Shown here one piece after another: positions 1 through 9,460 of a stretch of 15,947 bases of DNA. The notes under the pieces were generated by a model. The model was given only the letters and a program-made list of their open reading frames with translations, ran no database searches and was not told where the DNA came from. This DNA is from Octopus sinensis (lineage: Eukaryota). The stretch covers positions 1 to 15,947 of the forward strand of contig NW_021825326.1 of assembly GCF_006345805.1 (NCBI RefSeq), given 5' to 3'. Both the position numbers and the translations under genes were made by a program. The first letter of the stretch is position 1, and every line of letters begins with the position of its first letter.

Positions 1-2218
1 AACGAGAGAGAAGAAAGAGAGAAATGAAAGAGTGAGAGAGAGAGAAGGATAAAAAGAAAACGAGAGGGATAAAGAAGGCGAAAAAAGTGAGAGAGCAGAG
101 AAAAGAAAGAGAGAGAAAAAGAAACGAGAGGATGAAAGAGTGAGAGAGAGGAAGAAGGATAAAAAGAAAACGAGAGAGAGAAAGAAGGAGAAAAAACACT
201 GAGAGCGAGAAATGAAAGAGAGAGAGAAAAGAGAGAAATGAGAGGAAGAAAGAGAAGAAGCAAGGGAGAGAGAGAAAAGAGAAATAAACGAAGGAAGAAA
301 GAGAGAAATAAAGAAATGAAAAGAGAGTTAGAGAGCGGAAGAAGGATATAAAAAGAAAACAGAAGGAGAAAGAAGGAGAAAAAAGCGAGAGAGCGAGAAA
401 AAAGAGAAGAGAAAAAAAGAAAACGAGAGGAAGACAAAGACAAATGAGGAAATGAGGGAGTAAGAGAGAGAACAGACAAAGAAACGGTGAAAGAGAGAAA
501 AAAAAGATAGAGATAGAGAGAAAGGAAATAGAGAGAGAAAGGGATAAAAGGAAAATATAAAGAGAGATAGGGAGAAAGAAAACCAGAAAATAAAAAGAGA
601 GAGAAAAGAAGCAGAGAGGGAGAGAGAGAGAATAGTAAAGGGAAAGAGGGAGAGGATGAGAGAAAGATGGAAAATGAGAGAAGAAAAAGGTACTGTGAGA
701 AATAAAGAGAGAAAATGGGAGAGAGGGGAAGAAAGAGGAAACACAAACACTGAAAGAGAGAAATGAGAAAGAGAGGGATAAAGGATACGTAAAAGGGAAA
801 AGAGAGGAGGAGAAAAGAAAGAGGGAGAAAGAGAGAAAAGAAAGTGAGAAGGCAAGAAAGAGAGAGAAAAAGAAAAACCGCGAGTCCCTTAAAGGGAGAG
901 AAAGAAAGAGAGAAAAAAAAAGGAAAAGGAAAGGACAAAGAGACAGAAAGAAAAGAGAGGAGAGGGAGGAGGAGAGAGAAAAGGAAATTGAGTGAGTGAG
1001 AGGAAGAGAGAAGAGAAAAATTGCCAGAGAAAGGAGATAACAGAAAGAAAGAGGAAGAGAGGAAAGAAAGAGAGAAAGAGGTAAAAGAAAAGGAGAGAGA
1101 TAAAGAGAGAGAATAGAATAAGAGAGAAAAGTAAAGCAGGAGAGAAAGGTAAAAGAGTGGGGGAGAAGGAGAGAAGAGAAAAAGAGAGGGGGGGAAAAAG
1201 AAGGAGGGAAAAGGGGAAAAAGAAGTGAGAGATAAGAATAAGAGAGGGAGAGAAGAGAAAAGAGACAGAGAGGGAAAGATGGGAATATAGGAGAGAAAAG
1301 AGAGTGGGAAATAGAGAGAGATGACGAAAGATACAAAAGAGAGAGAGAGGAAGGAAGAGAGAGAAAGAGAGAAACAAAGAGTAAGAGACATAGAGAGTGA
1401 AAGATAGAAAAGAAAATGTGAGAGAGTGAGAGAAGAAGAAAGAGAGAGAAAAGAGGAGAGAGAGAGAGTAAAGGAAAGGAGAAAGGGCATCAAAGAAAGA
1501 GAGACAAGTAAAAGAGAAAGAGGAAGAAAGATAGAAAAGGCAAAGAGAGCAGAAAGAGAAAGAGAGAGAGAGAAAGAGATAAAAGTAAAAGAGAAGAGAG
1601 ATGAAAAAAAAAAGGTTGGGTGAAAGAGAAAAGGAAAAAGGAATAGTGAAGGAGACAGAGAGAGAAAGAACGAAAAAAGGTAATAGAGAGAGAAAGAGAT
1701 AAAGAAGGAGAAAGAAAGAGAGAAACAGAGAAAGTAAAATGGAGAGAAGAGAGAGAAAGAAGAAAGAATGAGAGGGAAAAGAGGGAGTAGAAAGAGAGAG
1801 GGAGAAAGAAAGAGAGAGAAGAAGAAGGGAAAGAGAAAGAATGTAAGAATAGAAAGAGAAAGAAATGAAAGAGAGAGAGAGATACGGAGAGAGAAAGAGA
1901 GAAATTGAGAAATAGAGAAAGAGAAAGATAAGAGAAAAAAGAAAAAGAGAAAGCGGAAGGAAATGAGAGCGAGAAAGAGAGAAAAAGAAAATGGGAAAAG
2001 AGAAAAGAAAGAGAGAGAGAGAGTAAAAGAGACATGGAGAAAGAAAGAGAAAGAAAGACAGAGAAGGAGAAGGGAAAGAGAGAGAAAGTGAGAAAAGAAA
2101 GAGAATGAAAGAAATGAAAGAGGGAGATAGATAGAGAGAGAAGAAGAGGAGAAAGAGGGAAAAAAACGAGAAAGAGAGTGAGAACAAAGAGAGAAAGAGA
2201 GAGAGAGAGAGAAAATGG
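1..2218 (+). repeat. Polypurine (GA/GAA/GAAA-rich) low-complexity tract, intronic
   Basis: Overwhelmingly A/G on the + strand for at least 2.2 kb, with recurring motifs such as aaaagaaaacgagag (e.g. ~52, ~162, ~415). Confidence 0.95.
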
Positions 2219-2258
2219 AATTTCTCTATTTCACATGTCCTCACTTTCTTCATTACAG

Positions 2259-2416
2259 ATTAATAAACCTATTAATGAATATGGAACAACTCCTTTAATG
2301 TTGGCCTGTTATAAGGGCGCCGATAGAAGAATCATCGAAATATTGATAGCAGCAGGAGGAAAAGTGGGAGTAAAAGACCAATGGGGTAATACAGCTTTAC
2401 ATATGGCTGTGTTTGG
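2259..2416 (+). CDS. Exon 1 (in window), ankyrin repeats: INKPINEYGTTPLMLACYKGADRRIIEILIAAGGKVGVKDQWGNTALHMAVFG
   Basis: Acceptor ttctt cattacAG at 2257-2258 and donor GTAAGT at 2417. Contains GxTPLxxA and GNTALHxA ankyrin motifs. 158 nt, phase 0 to 2. Confidence 0.92.
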
Positions 2417-2523
2417 GTAAGTTGAGAATCAAGTAAAATCTGCAGATGTGTTTTTGTTTGTAAATTTGTTGCAATTGCAGACACAGGTTCAATATCCAAA
2501 GAGGCCAGAGTAGTTGCAGTGGG

Positions 2524-2568
2524 ACAACAGCACAACAGCAGACTAGCAAACAACAACAACAACAACAA
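2524..2568 (+). repeat. (CAA/CAG)n microsatellite
   Basis: acaacagcacaacagcag...caacaacaacaacaacaag. Confidence 0.8.
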
Positions 2569-2624
2569 GCTTCTCTTTAGTCATCGATCCAATTCATTAG
2601 TCATTATTCGATCATAACAATCCC

Positions 2625-2796
2625 GATGATGATGATGACGATAACGACGATGATGATGATGACGATGATGATGACAATAATGATGATGATGATTGTGATG
2701 ATGCGGATGGAGGCGATGATGGTGATGTTTAAGATGATGATGGTCATGATGACGACGTTGATGATGACGACCATGATGATGAAGATGTTGATAATA

Positions 2797-2828
<32 letters not shown>

Positions 2829-2937
2829 AGTGATGATGTGGATGATGATGTGGATGATGATGACGATGATTATTATGATTATCGTGATGATGACGATGAT
2901 GATGATGATTATGATGATCATGATCATGATAATGATG

Positions 2938-2969
<32 letters not shown>

Positions 2970-3255
2970 GATTATACGATGACTGATGATGCCGATGATG
3001 ATTATGATTATAGTGGTGATGAATGATGATAATATTGATTTTGATGATGTTGAGATGTTGAAGATGATAATGATGATGATGGTGTTGGCAATGAGGGTGA
3101 TGATGATGATGGCGATGATGATGATGATGATGATGATGATTATTATGTCAATGATGGAGGTGGTGGCAATGATGATGATGGTAATGATGTTGATGAACAT
3201 GATATTGATGATAATATTGCAGGTGATGATGATGGTGATGATGATGACGATGATG
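2625..3255 (+). repeat. Imperfect (GAT)n trinucleotide microsatellite, ~630 bp
   Basis: Continuous GAT units with GAC/AAT/GGT/GTT variants, inside the intron between exons 1 and 2. Confidence 0.97.
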
Positions 3256-3324
3256 TTTCGTCTCAAGCCAAAATATTTTCATATTTAATGTAAATTAGTC
3301 AATGTTTCTATCTTTTACTCTCAG

Positions 3325-3370
3325 TGATCGACCTCATTCTGTGGAGATCTTACTATCTCGGGGTTGTGAC
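3325..3370 (+). CDS. Exon 2, ankyrin helix 2: (G)DRPHSVEILLSRGCD
   Basis: Polypyrimidine tract plus tcAG at 3323-3324 and donor GTAAGT at 3371. 46 nt, phase 2 to 0. Completes the GGT codon from exon 1 and gives the ankyrin V..LL..G.D pattern. Confidence 0.88.
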
Positions 3371-3720
3371 GTAAGTATCTTATTTATATCCTTTCGTATG
3401 TTCTACTGAAGAGGGAAAGAATCTATTATGAGATTAATTCCGAAATTGATTCAATATAGAAATAACGAACTTTTTAAAAAACATTCTATCGTCCGGCTTT
3501 CCCCGATTTCAGTTCTTCGTGTTTTTTTTTTCTGTAGCGAGTAAATAATATGTAGAAATTGACGATTTAAAAGTTGTTATCAGCAAATTGGCATTGAAAT
3601 ACTTTTCTTTAGCCCATATTTATAAGTTGTTTATAATTTAACTGTAAAATTATTTTAATATGCTGCCACATTTTTTGATGGAATATTTTTTCTGTAAAAT
3701 AAACTTCATCCTATATTAGC

Positions 3721-3740
3721 ATGTATGTATGTATGTATTA

Positions 3741-3787
<47 letters not shown>

Positions 3788-3847
3788 TATATATATATCA
3801 TACTCCTGAGCCCATGTATACACAAACACACACACACACACACTCCA

Positions 3848-3878
<31 letters not shown>

Positions 3879-3890
3879 CTTCCTGAGCCC
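3721..3890. repeat. Compound (TA)n/(CA)n microsatellite with a duplicated spacer (tcctgagccc)
   Basis: TA and CA runs; tcctgagccca occurs at ~3804 and ~3881. Confidence 0.85.
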
Positions 3891-4053
3891 AGCTGGTGTT
3901 TCCTACTTTTTATGATAATCATTGATTTTCGATGACTATTATGTTAAGAAAACGGAAGCAATTGATTAGTTTCAAACCAATCACAACTCCAGAGATAATT
4001 GTTGATTAAGACATTGAAAGGGATGGATTTCAGAAAATATATGTATATATGCA

Positions 4054-4257
4054 TTTGTTTGTGTTTGTCCCCCACCATCGCTTGACATCCGATGCTGGTG
4101 TGCTTACGCTCCCGTAACTTAGCGGTTCGGCAAAGAGATCGATAGAATGAGTACTAGACTTACAAATAATATGTCCTGGTGGCAATTTCCTCGACTAAAT
4201 GCGGTGCTCCAGCATGGCCACAGTCAAATGATGGAAACAAGCAAAAGAGTAAAAAAG
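4054..4257 (+). mobile_element. 5'-truncated copy of tRNA-derived SINE (family A)
   Basis: Aligns by eye with 4637-4830 (tgtttgtcccc..catcgcttgaca.ccgatgctggtgtg...gtgctccagcatggccacagtca.atga) and ends in an A-rich (aaaagag) tail. Confidence 0.88.
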
Positions 4258-4265
4258 ATCTATTT

Positions 4266-4296
<31 letters not shown>

Positions 4297-4328
4297 TGTG
4301 TATGTATATATATATGTAGTGAGAGAGA

Positions 4329-4517
4329 GGCGCAGGTGTGGCTGTGTGGTAAGTAACTTGCTTACCAACCACATGGTTCCCGGTTCATTTTCACTGCATG
4401 GCACAATGTACAAGTGTCTTCTGCTATAGCCCCAGGCTGAGCAAACCTTGTGAGTGGATTTGGTAGATGGAGACTGAAAGAAGCTCGTCGTATGTATATA
4501 TATATAAATATGTATAA

Positions 4518-4555
<38 letters not shown>

Positions 4556-4830
4556 ACATATATATATATATACATATGAGTTTGTGTATGTGTGTGTGTG
4601 TTATGTTTGTCTGTGTGTACGTGCGTGTGTTTGTGTGTCTGTGTTTGTCCCCCAACATCGCTTGACAACCGATGCTGGTGTGTTTACGTCCCCGTAAACT
4701 AGCGTTTCTGCAAAAGAAACGAATAAAATAAGTACAAGGCTTACTGGGGTCGATTTGCTCGACTAACGACAGTGCTCCAGCATGGCCACAGTCACATGAC
4801 TGACACAAATGAAAGAATAAAAGAATAAAT
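4329..4830 (+). mobile_element. Full-length tRNA-derived SINE (family A) with internal (TA)n(TG)n microsatellite
   Basis: Head ggcgcaggtgTGGCTGTGTGG (A-box-like) and GGTTCATTTTC (degenerate B box), central microsatellite, conserved 3' body and (aaagaat)n tail. Homologous copies at 4054 (+), 6629 (-) and 12597 (-). Confidence 0.9.
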
Positions 4831-5166
4831 GTAATTATGAACACACAACACACGCGAACACACACACACACGCACACACATTTTGCTGCTCTATGTGTTT
4901 ATTTATTGAGTTATTCATCCTATATGCGTGTGTTGTGTGTGTGGTTGTATATAATATATTTATATGTACATATGTATGTGTGTATACACGTGTGTGTATA
5001 TACAATAGAAATCTCTATTACCTACTCCCCACCCCAATCATTCACCTGTTTAATTAATTTCATTCTTCTCTTCTCTTTTTCTGTGAGTTTTCTTTTAATT
5101 CTTCACACACACCCGACTCCCCTTTCAGACACCATTTTTAATGATTTTATTCTTTTCTTCTATCAG

Positions 5167-5321
5167 GTTAATCCTCGAGATGAAGATGGTCGTACACCGC
5201 TGCACGTGGCCTGTTCGCGGGGACACTTGCACACTGTCGAGCTGTTGTTGGGTCACAATGGCATCGATGCCAATGTTGTGAACAACAAAGGTGACACACC
5301 ACTGCATAAGGCAGTTCGGAA
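5167..5321 (+). CDS. Exon 3, ankyrin repeats: VNPRDEDGRTPLHVACSRGHLHTVELLLGHNGIDANVVNNKGDTPLHKAVRK
   Basis: Acceptor ttcttctatcAG at 5165-5166 and donor GTAAGT at 5322. Two TPLH motifs. 155 nt, phase 0 to 2. Confidence 0.95.
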
Positions 5322-5559
5322 GTAAGTCCCCATTGGATCTGGAATATCCAAATCTGTTTCTTTTATGTTTTCAATAATGTTTGTTTCTTTTTCATTCAGT
5401 CATTCATGTCATAATCCCACCATGGGGTCATTGTCTTTCTTCTCTCTTTCGCACTGAAATAACACTGTAATCTACTTCATTAATTAATCATCACCACAAT
5501 TGTTATGTTGTTGCCTGACTGGGCACTTTGCTTCAACTCGTGTTCTCCATTTCCTCAAC

Positions 5560-6090
5560 GTCACAGGTTCAAATCCTCTCTCTTCTTCTTTTCATCCCAT
5601 CTATAACTACTTTCTCTTTCTCTCTTTCTTCCTCACTCTCTCTCCTTTGTAGTTTCCCTATTTACTCCGACCCTGGGCTAAATACAGAATCATCCCCTTA
5701 CAGTATTTACATTTGTCTCTTTTATGTTCCATGTTCAAATCCTACCAGAATATTTACTATCACTCTGGGGTCAATATAATCTGTACCAGTAATACCCAGG
5801 GGTTCCTTTAATAAACTGTCTTCCTTCTTTTCTCCTGTTCTTGTTTCTTATTACTTTTGAAGAAAATAAATTGTGTTATTTTATTTACGACTCTTTACGT
5901 TCAGAGTTCAAATCCTGCCAAGGTCAACTTCTTCCATCTTTGCAAGGTTGATAAAATACAATACCAGTCATGTACTTTGGTTCATAGGATTACTGTAGCC
6001 CTTCTTTCCTTCCTAAATTTCATGTTTAATGAGCTGTGAGAATTCTTCAGCAGTATTTTTCCTGTCTTTACATTTCTGGGTTTACTCAGG
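5560..6090 (+). mobile_element. Cluster of degenerate fragments of a second tRNA-derived SINE (family B, Nin-domain-like)
   Basis: B-box-like GTTCAAATCC at 5567, 5733 and 5906. The best copy (5881-5990) continues ...gccaaggtcaactt..ttccatc.ttgcaaggttgataaaat...taccagt, resembling the Nin domain of metazoan SINEs as recalled. Confidence 0.6.
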
Positions 6091-6286
6091 TGTGTATATA
6101 TCATTGTTCTATTGTGTAGAGTGTGTATTGAATAAATATATGTGTGAGTATGTGTGTAATAATTGCTGTAATTAAGTTATTGTGACCTAATTACATTTGT
6201 TTTCTTTAATGACCTAATAACTATTATCTCAAGCTGTGTGATGTTTGTTCTTTTCATGTTTTTCTTTACTTATCCATTACTTTCAG

Positions 6287-6323
6287 GCGAAAATATAAAG
6301 TGGTGTGTGCGATGCTGAAGCAG
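6287..6323 (+). CDS. Exon 4, ankyrin helix 2: (K)RKYKVVCAMLKQ
   Basis: Long pyrimidine tract plus tttcAG at 6285-6286 and donor CAG|GTTAGT at 6324. 37 nt, phase 2 to 0, compatible with exon 3. Confidence 0.82.
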
Positions 6324-6628
6324 GTTAGTTAATAAATATATATTATATACACTCTCCAGCATTTTATTGATCTGTATAATATAAATATTACCAATGTACC
6401 AGTAAAATAATGGGGCTGGATTTAATCACATGTACTACAAAAGCCTTGTGTTTGTGGAGGAATGTATATTGATCATGTTGATGTTGATATTAGCGGTGTT
6501 GACAGTCCAACTGACCACCATCATTGATAATAATATCTTTAATAATATCTTAAATGAAACAAGGTCATTATGAGATGAACCAAAATATAATAGACATCAT
6601 GTATATTTATATATATATATAAATGAAT

Positions 6629-6988
6629 TGTTTTAGACATTTGCCTGCGGCCATGCTGGGGCATCATCGAATTTTTAGGCCAAATACATCGATCCCAGTA
6701 CTTTTTTTTATTTTAAGCATATCACTTATCCTCTCACCTCTTTTCCGAACCGCTACACAACACACCACAAATGCAAACACTAACTCACACACACACACAT
6801 CATAGGCACACACATAGACACACTCCTGTTATGAAGCTTCTTTCAGTTTTCATTTACCAAATCCATCTAACAAGATTTTGTTCAGCCCTAGGTAAGGGTA
6901 GAATATACTTGCCTGAGTTTCCATGTAGAGGGATTCACGTGGAAGAGTGTATTGTTGGGGAAAAAAGCTTCTTACACTACAACCATGT
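6629..6988 (-). mobile_element. Old degenerate copy of SINE family A (antisense)
   Basis: gcggccatgctggggca, ttccgaaccgcta, a CA-rich middle, gcttctttcagtttt..taccaaatcca and acttgcc are all collinear with the reverse complement of 4329-4830. Confidence 0.8.
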
Positions 6989-7021
6989 ATATATGGATGT
7001 GTGTGTCTAGCTATTTCTTTC

Positions 7022-7310
7022 TTTCTATCTATCTATCTATCTATCTGTCTGTCTGTCTCTCTGTCTGGCTGTCTGGCTGTCTGCCTGTCTGTCTAGCTGT
7101 CTGCCTGTCTGTCTGTCTCTCTAGCTCTCTCTTGTCTATCTGTCTATCTATCTATCAATCGAACTATATATTTTATATATATTAACATACATACATATGT
7201 ATATATATATATATATATATACATATGTATGTATGTATATATATATATAAATATATATATATATTAGTAATATATATATATATATAGATTATATATATAT
7301 GTATATATAT
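7022..7310. repeat. (TCTA/TCTG)n followed by (TA)n microsatellites
   Basis: Direct inspection. Confidence 0.92.
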
Positions 7311-7324
7311 ACAGATCATCAAAA

Positions 7325-7560
7325 TCGTCATACTTGCTTGGCTCAGATAGATTTTCTGGGGAGATTTTCCGCAGCTGGATGCTCTCCTATCGCCAACCTT
7401 CTCCTCTTCTTTTCAAGGAAGCTAACATTTGCCAAGAAACTAAACATGTCCTGCAGGTGGAAATGTGGAAAAAGAGACACTGCTTATATGACCGTGGCAC
7501 TCATTTACAACTATCAATCACACAGATGTCAAGACTAAAAGACACTCACACACCACACAC
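7325..7560 (-). mobile_element. Probable interspersed repeat/SINE fragment (third family)
   Basis: The reverse complement of 7371-7398 reads ggttggcgataggagagcatccagctgc, resembling the ggttggcg.taggaagggcatcc.gc motif common in metazoan SINE bodies (from memory). Single copy in the window. Confidence 0.45.
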
Positions 7561-7780
7561 ACAAGCGTATACGCACAACATACAAGATGAATACTCTATA
7601 TATATACATACATACACACACAAAGATGTCTGTGTGTGTCTGTGCGTATATATATGTATTGATATATACATACATACACATATATATATATATATGCAGA
7701 TATATATATATGGGTGTGTGTGTGTGTATGCGTAGGAATATGTATATATTTATACACACACACGTATATATACATATAAA
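7561..7780. repeat. Compound (CA)/(TA)/(TG) microsatellite
   Basis: Direct inspection. Confidence 0.85.
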
Positions 7781-8170
7781 GTAAGAAATTATAAAATGAA
7801 TATATTTCTGTCACCAGTTACATTCGTTTCACAGAAATTTTTGTGGATGATAAATTCTTTACATGTCTGCATTAGTGTATAGGTTATAAATCATACCAGT
7901 GCCCATCGTACAATTTACAAGTAAAAACAGGTATAAAATAACAAGCACTCAGTTCATAGAAGATATGTTTACATCCATTCTCAATGCATATAATATACAA
8001 GAACAGAATTTTGTTTCAAAATATTAATGTATGGAAGACAATAATTTACAAAACAGTTTTTTATGGAAGAGAGAAGGAGATTTAGTAAGATATCAAAAAG
8101 GAATCAGTCATAATACATTACATGCATATATACTTATATATATATACTTATACATATATATGTATGTATA

Positions 8171-8644
8171 TTAAAATTGGGGGTGGTTTATGGGATTACT
8201 CTGGGTTTCCCATTCATAAAGGTTTTAGCTTGTACGGTTTCGTAAGACCCTGTTAGCCTAAGACCTCTTCAAAATATGGATGGGGAAAAGCCTGGGATTT
8301 ACGTGTTCTGCAAACGATCCTTTCAGCTCCCTGGCAAGAGATTATCCCAGTGACCATGTGGTTTCTGTTAAATAGCTCACCATTGAAGCGTTTCTACATA
8401 TTCACTGAAACCACGGGTCTCCATAAATATGAAAGAATTTGACCTCGGACACCCAGCAATAACATCCCAACGTCATCCAACGAACTATACACCCGTATGC
8501 AGCTGGAAAAGCTATTGGACGTGATTAGGTGTATGAGGTGAAGGGCTTTTCCACCCTCCATATTTGGAAGAGGTCCTAGGCAAGCTAAATCCTTTTGGAC
8601 CGGAAAACAAGGGTAATGCCGGAACCGGCCTTCCCCAGTTTTAA
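8171..8644. mobile_element. Foldback (MITE-like) element with long imperfect inverted repeats
   Basis: 8256-8292 gcctaagacctcttcaaaatatggatggggaaaagcc is the near reverse complement of 8544-8581. The outer arms (ttaaaattgggg...aggttttagcttg versus caagctaaatcctt...ccccagttttaa) and an inner pair (8358-8374 / 8399-8414) also match. TATA lies at or within 2 nt of both ends. Confidence 0.75.
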
Positions 8645-8812
8645 AATATACGCTGCTCTACATCTTAGAGTGTGGCTTCTTCTCCGGATTTATCTTTTCT
8701 ACAATCAAAACATATATATACATAGATATGTCAGTTATTCAGTTTATTTCCAGATATTCTATTTTTCACTTACGTCAACATCCGCTGGACAGCTAAATAT
8801 GCACAGTTTCTC

Positions 8813-8925
8813 TATGTATGTATGTATGTAGTGTGTATTATGTGTGTGTGTGTTGTATGTATGTATGTATGTATGTATGTATGTATGTATGTATGTATGA
8901 ATGTATGTCTGCGCACACACACACC
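8813..8925. repeat. (TATG)n/(TG)n microsatellite
   Basis: Direct inspection. Confidence 0.92.
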
Positions 8926-9011
8926 ACACGTAGTGATATATAATGTCACTTAGTCTACCTCAGAAATTTCACAGGGTTTTTAGTACAAATGAGGGATTGG
9001 GAAATGGAGTA

Positions 9012-9267
9012 TTGACCCATTTTGCATCGGACCCTTGTGGGTGGATACTGTACAATTGGATGTGTTTGCATCCTCCGGTGCAGATGCATCTCATCTGGGT
9101 CTTGTTTTACAGAAGAAACCTCACTAAATATTCTCGGTTTCGCTTGGCATGATATTGCAGGAGGTTGTTGGCTATAATGCTATAATCCAAGAACCTACTG
9201 ACAACAACAACATACCAAGCGATACCGAGAACTCTCCACCCGCAAGAATCGATGCAACACGGGTCAA
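9012..9267. repeat. Inverted-repeat (foldback) element with a ~100-nt central hairpin
   Basis: 9012-9045 pairs with 9235-9267 (ttgaccc..ttgcatcg..cttgtgggtgga / tccacccgcaag..cgatgcaa..gggtcaa), and 9131-9176 pairs with 9181-9231. Confidence 0.85.
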
Positions 9268-9327
9268 CCAATGGTTGTGATGGATAAAGTTCTCGTGAAC
9301 TTCATTTTACATATTCCTCATTCAACA

Positions 9328-9427
9328 TATATATTTATATATCCAACAGTAATGTATATAAATCTCTCTCTTCTCTCCCTATATATATATATATATATCC
9401 TATATATATCTATAATATATATATATT

Positions 9428-9458
<31 letters not shown>

Positions 9459-9460
9459 TG
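9328..9460. repeat. (TA)n-rich microsatellite
   Basis: Direct inspection. Confidence 0.9.

Noticed and set aside
328-2253. Long minus-strand F/L/S-rich ORFs (175, 454, 181 aa) and the plus-strand E/R/K ORF
   Set aside because: These are by-products of a polypyrimidine/polypurine tract that cannot easily encode stops. There is no domain signal, and the hydrophobicity does not indicate a real membrane protein.
2604-3288. Poly-Ile, poly-Met and poly-Asp ORFs
   Set aside because: They are translations of the (GAT)n microsatellite inside an intron whose flanking exons join in frame without it.
4329-4400. Possible tRNA gene (A/B-box-like motifs)
   Set aside because: No convincing cloverleaf, and it continues into a repeated body with a tail, so it is a SINE head.
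3721-5160. HTHT/YIYI/CVCV-rich ORFs, also at 6.7-7.8 kb, 9.3 kb, 10.1 kb and 12.7 kb
   Set aside because: Dinucleotide microsatellite and SINE translations. Only the 3' part of ORF 4837-5325 (from 5167) is a real exon.
5560-6090. CRISPR-like regularly spaced repeat
   Set aside because: Eukaryotic intron, 10-bp degenerate repeat, ~160-bp related spacers and no cas genes.
6529-6553. 12-bp tandem duplication taataatatctt x2
   Set aside because: Trivial slippage duplication in AT-rich intron sequence.
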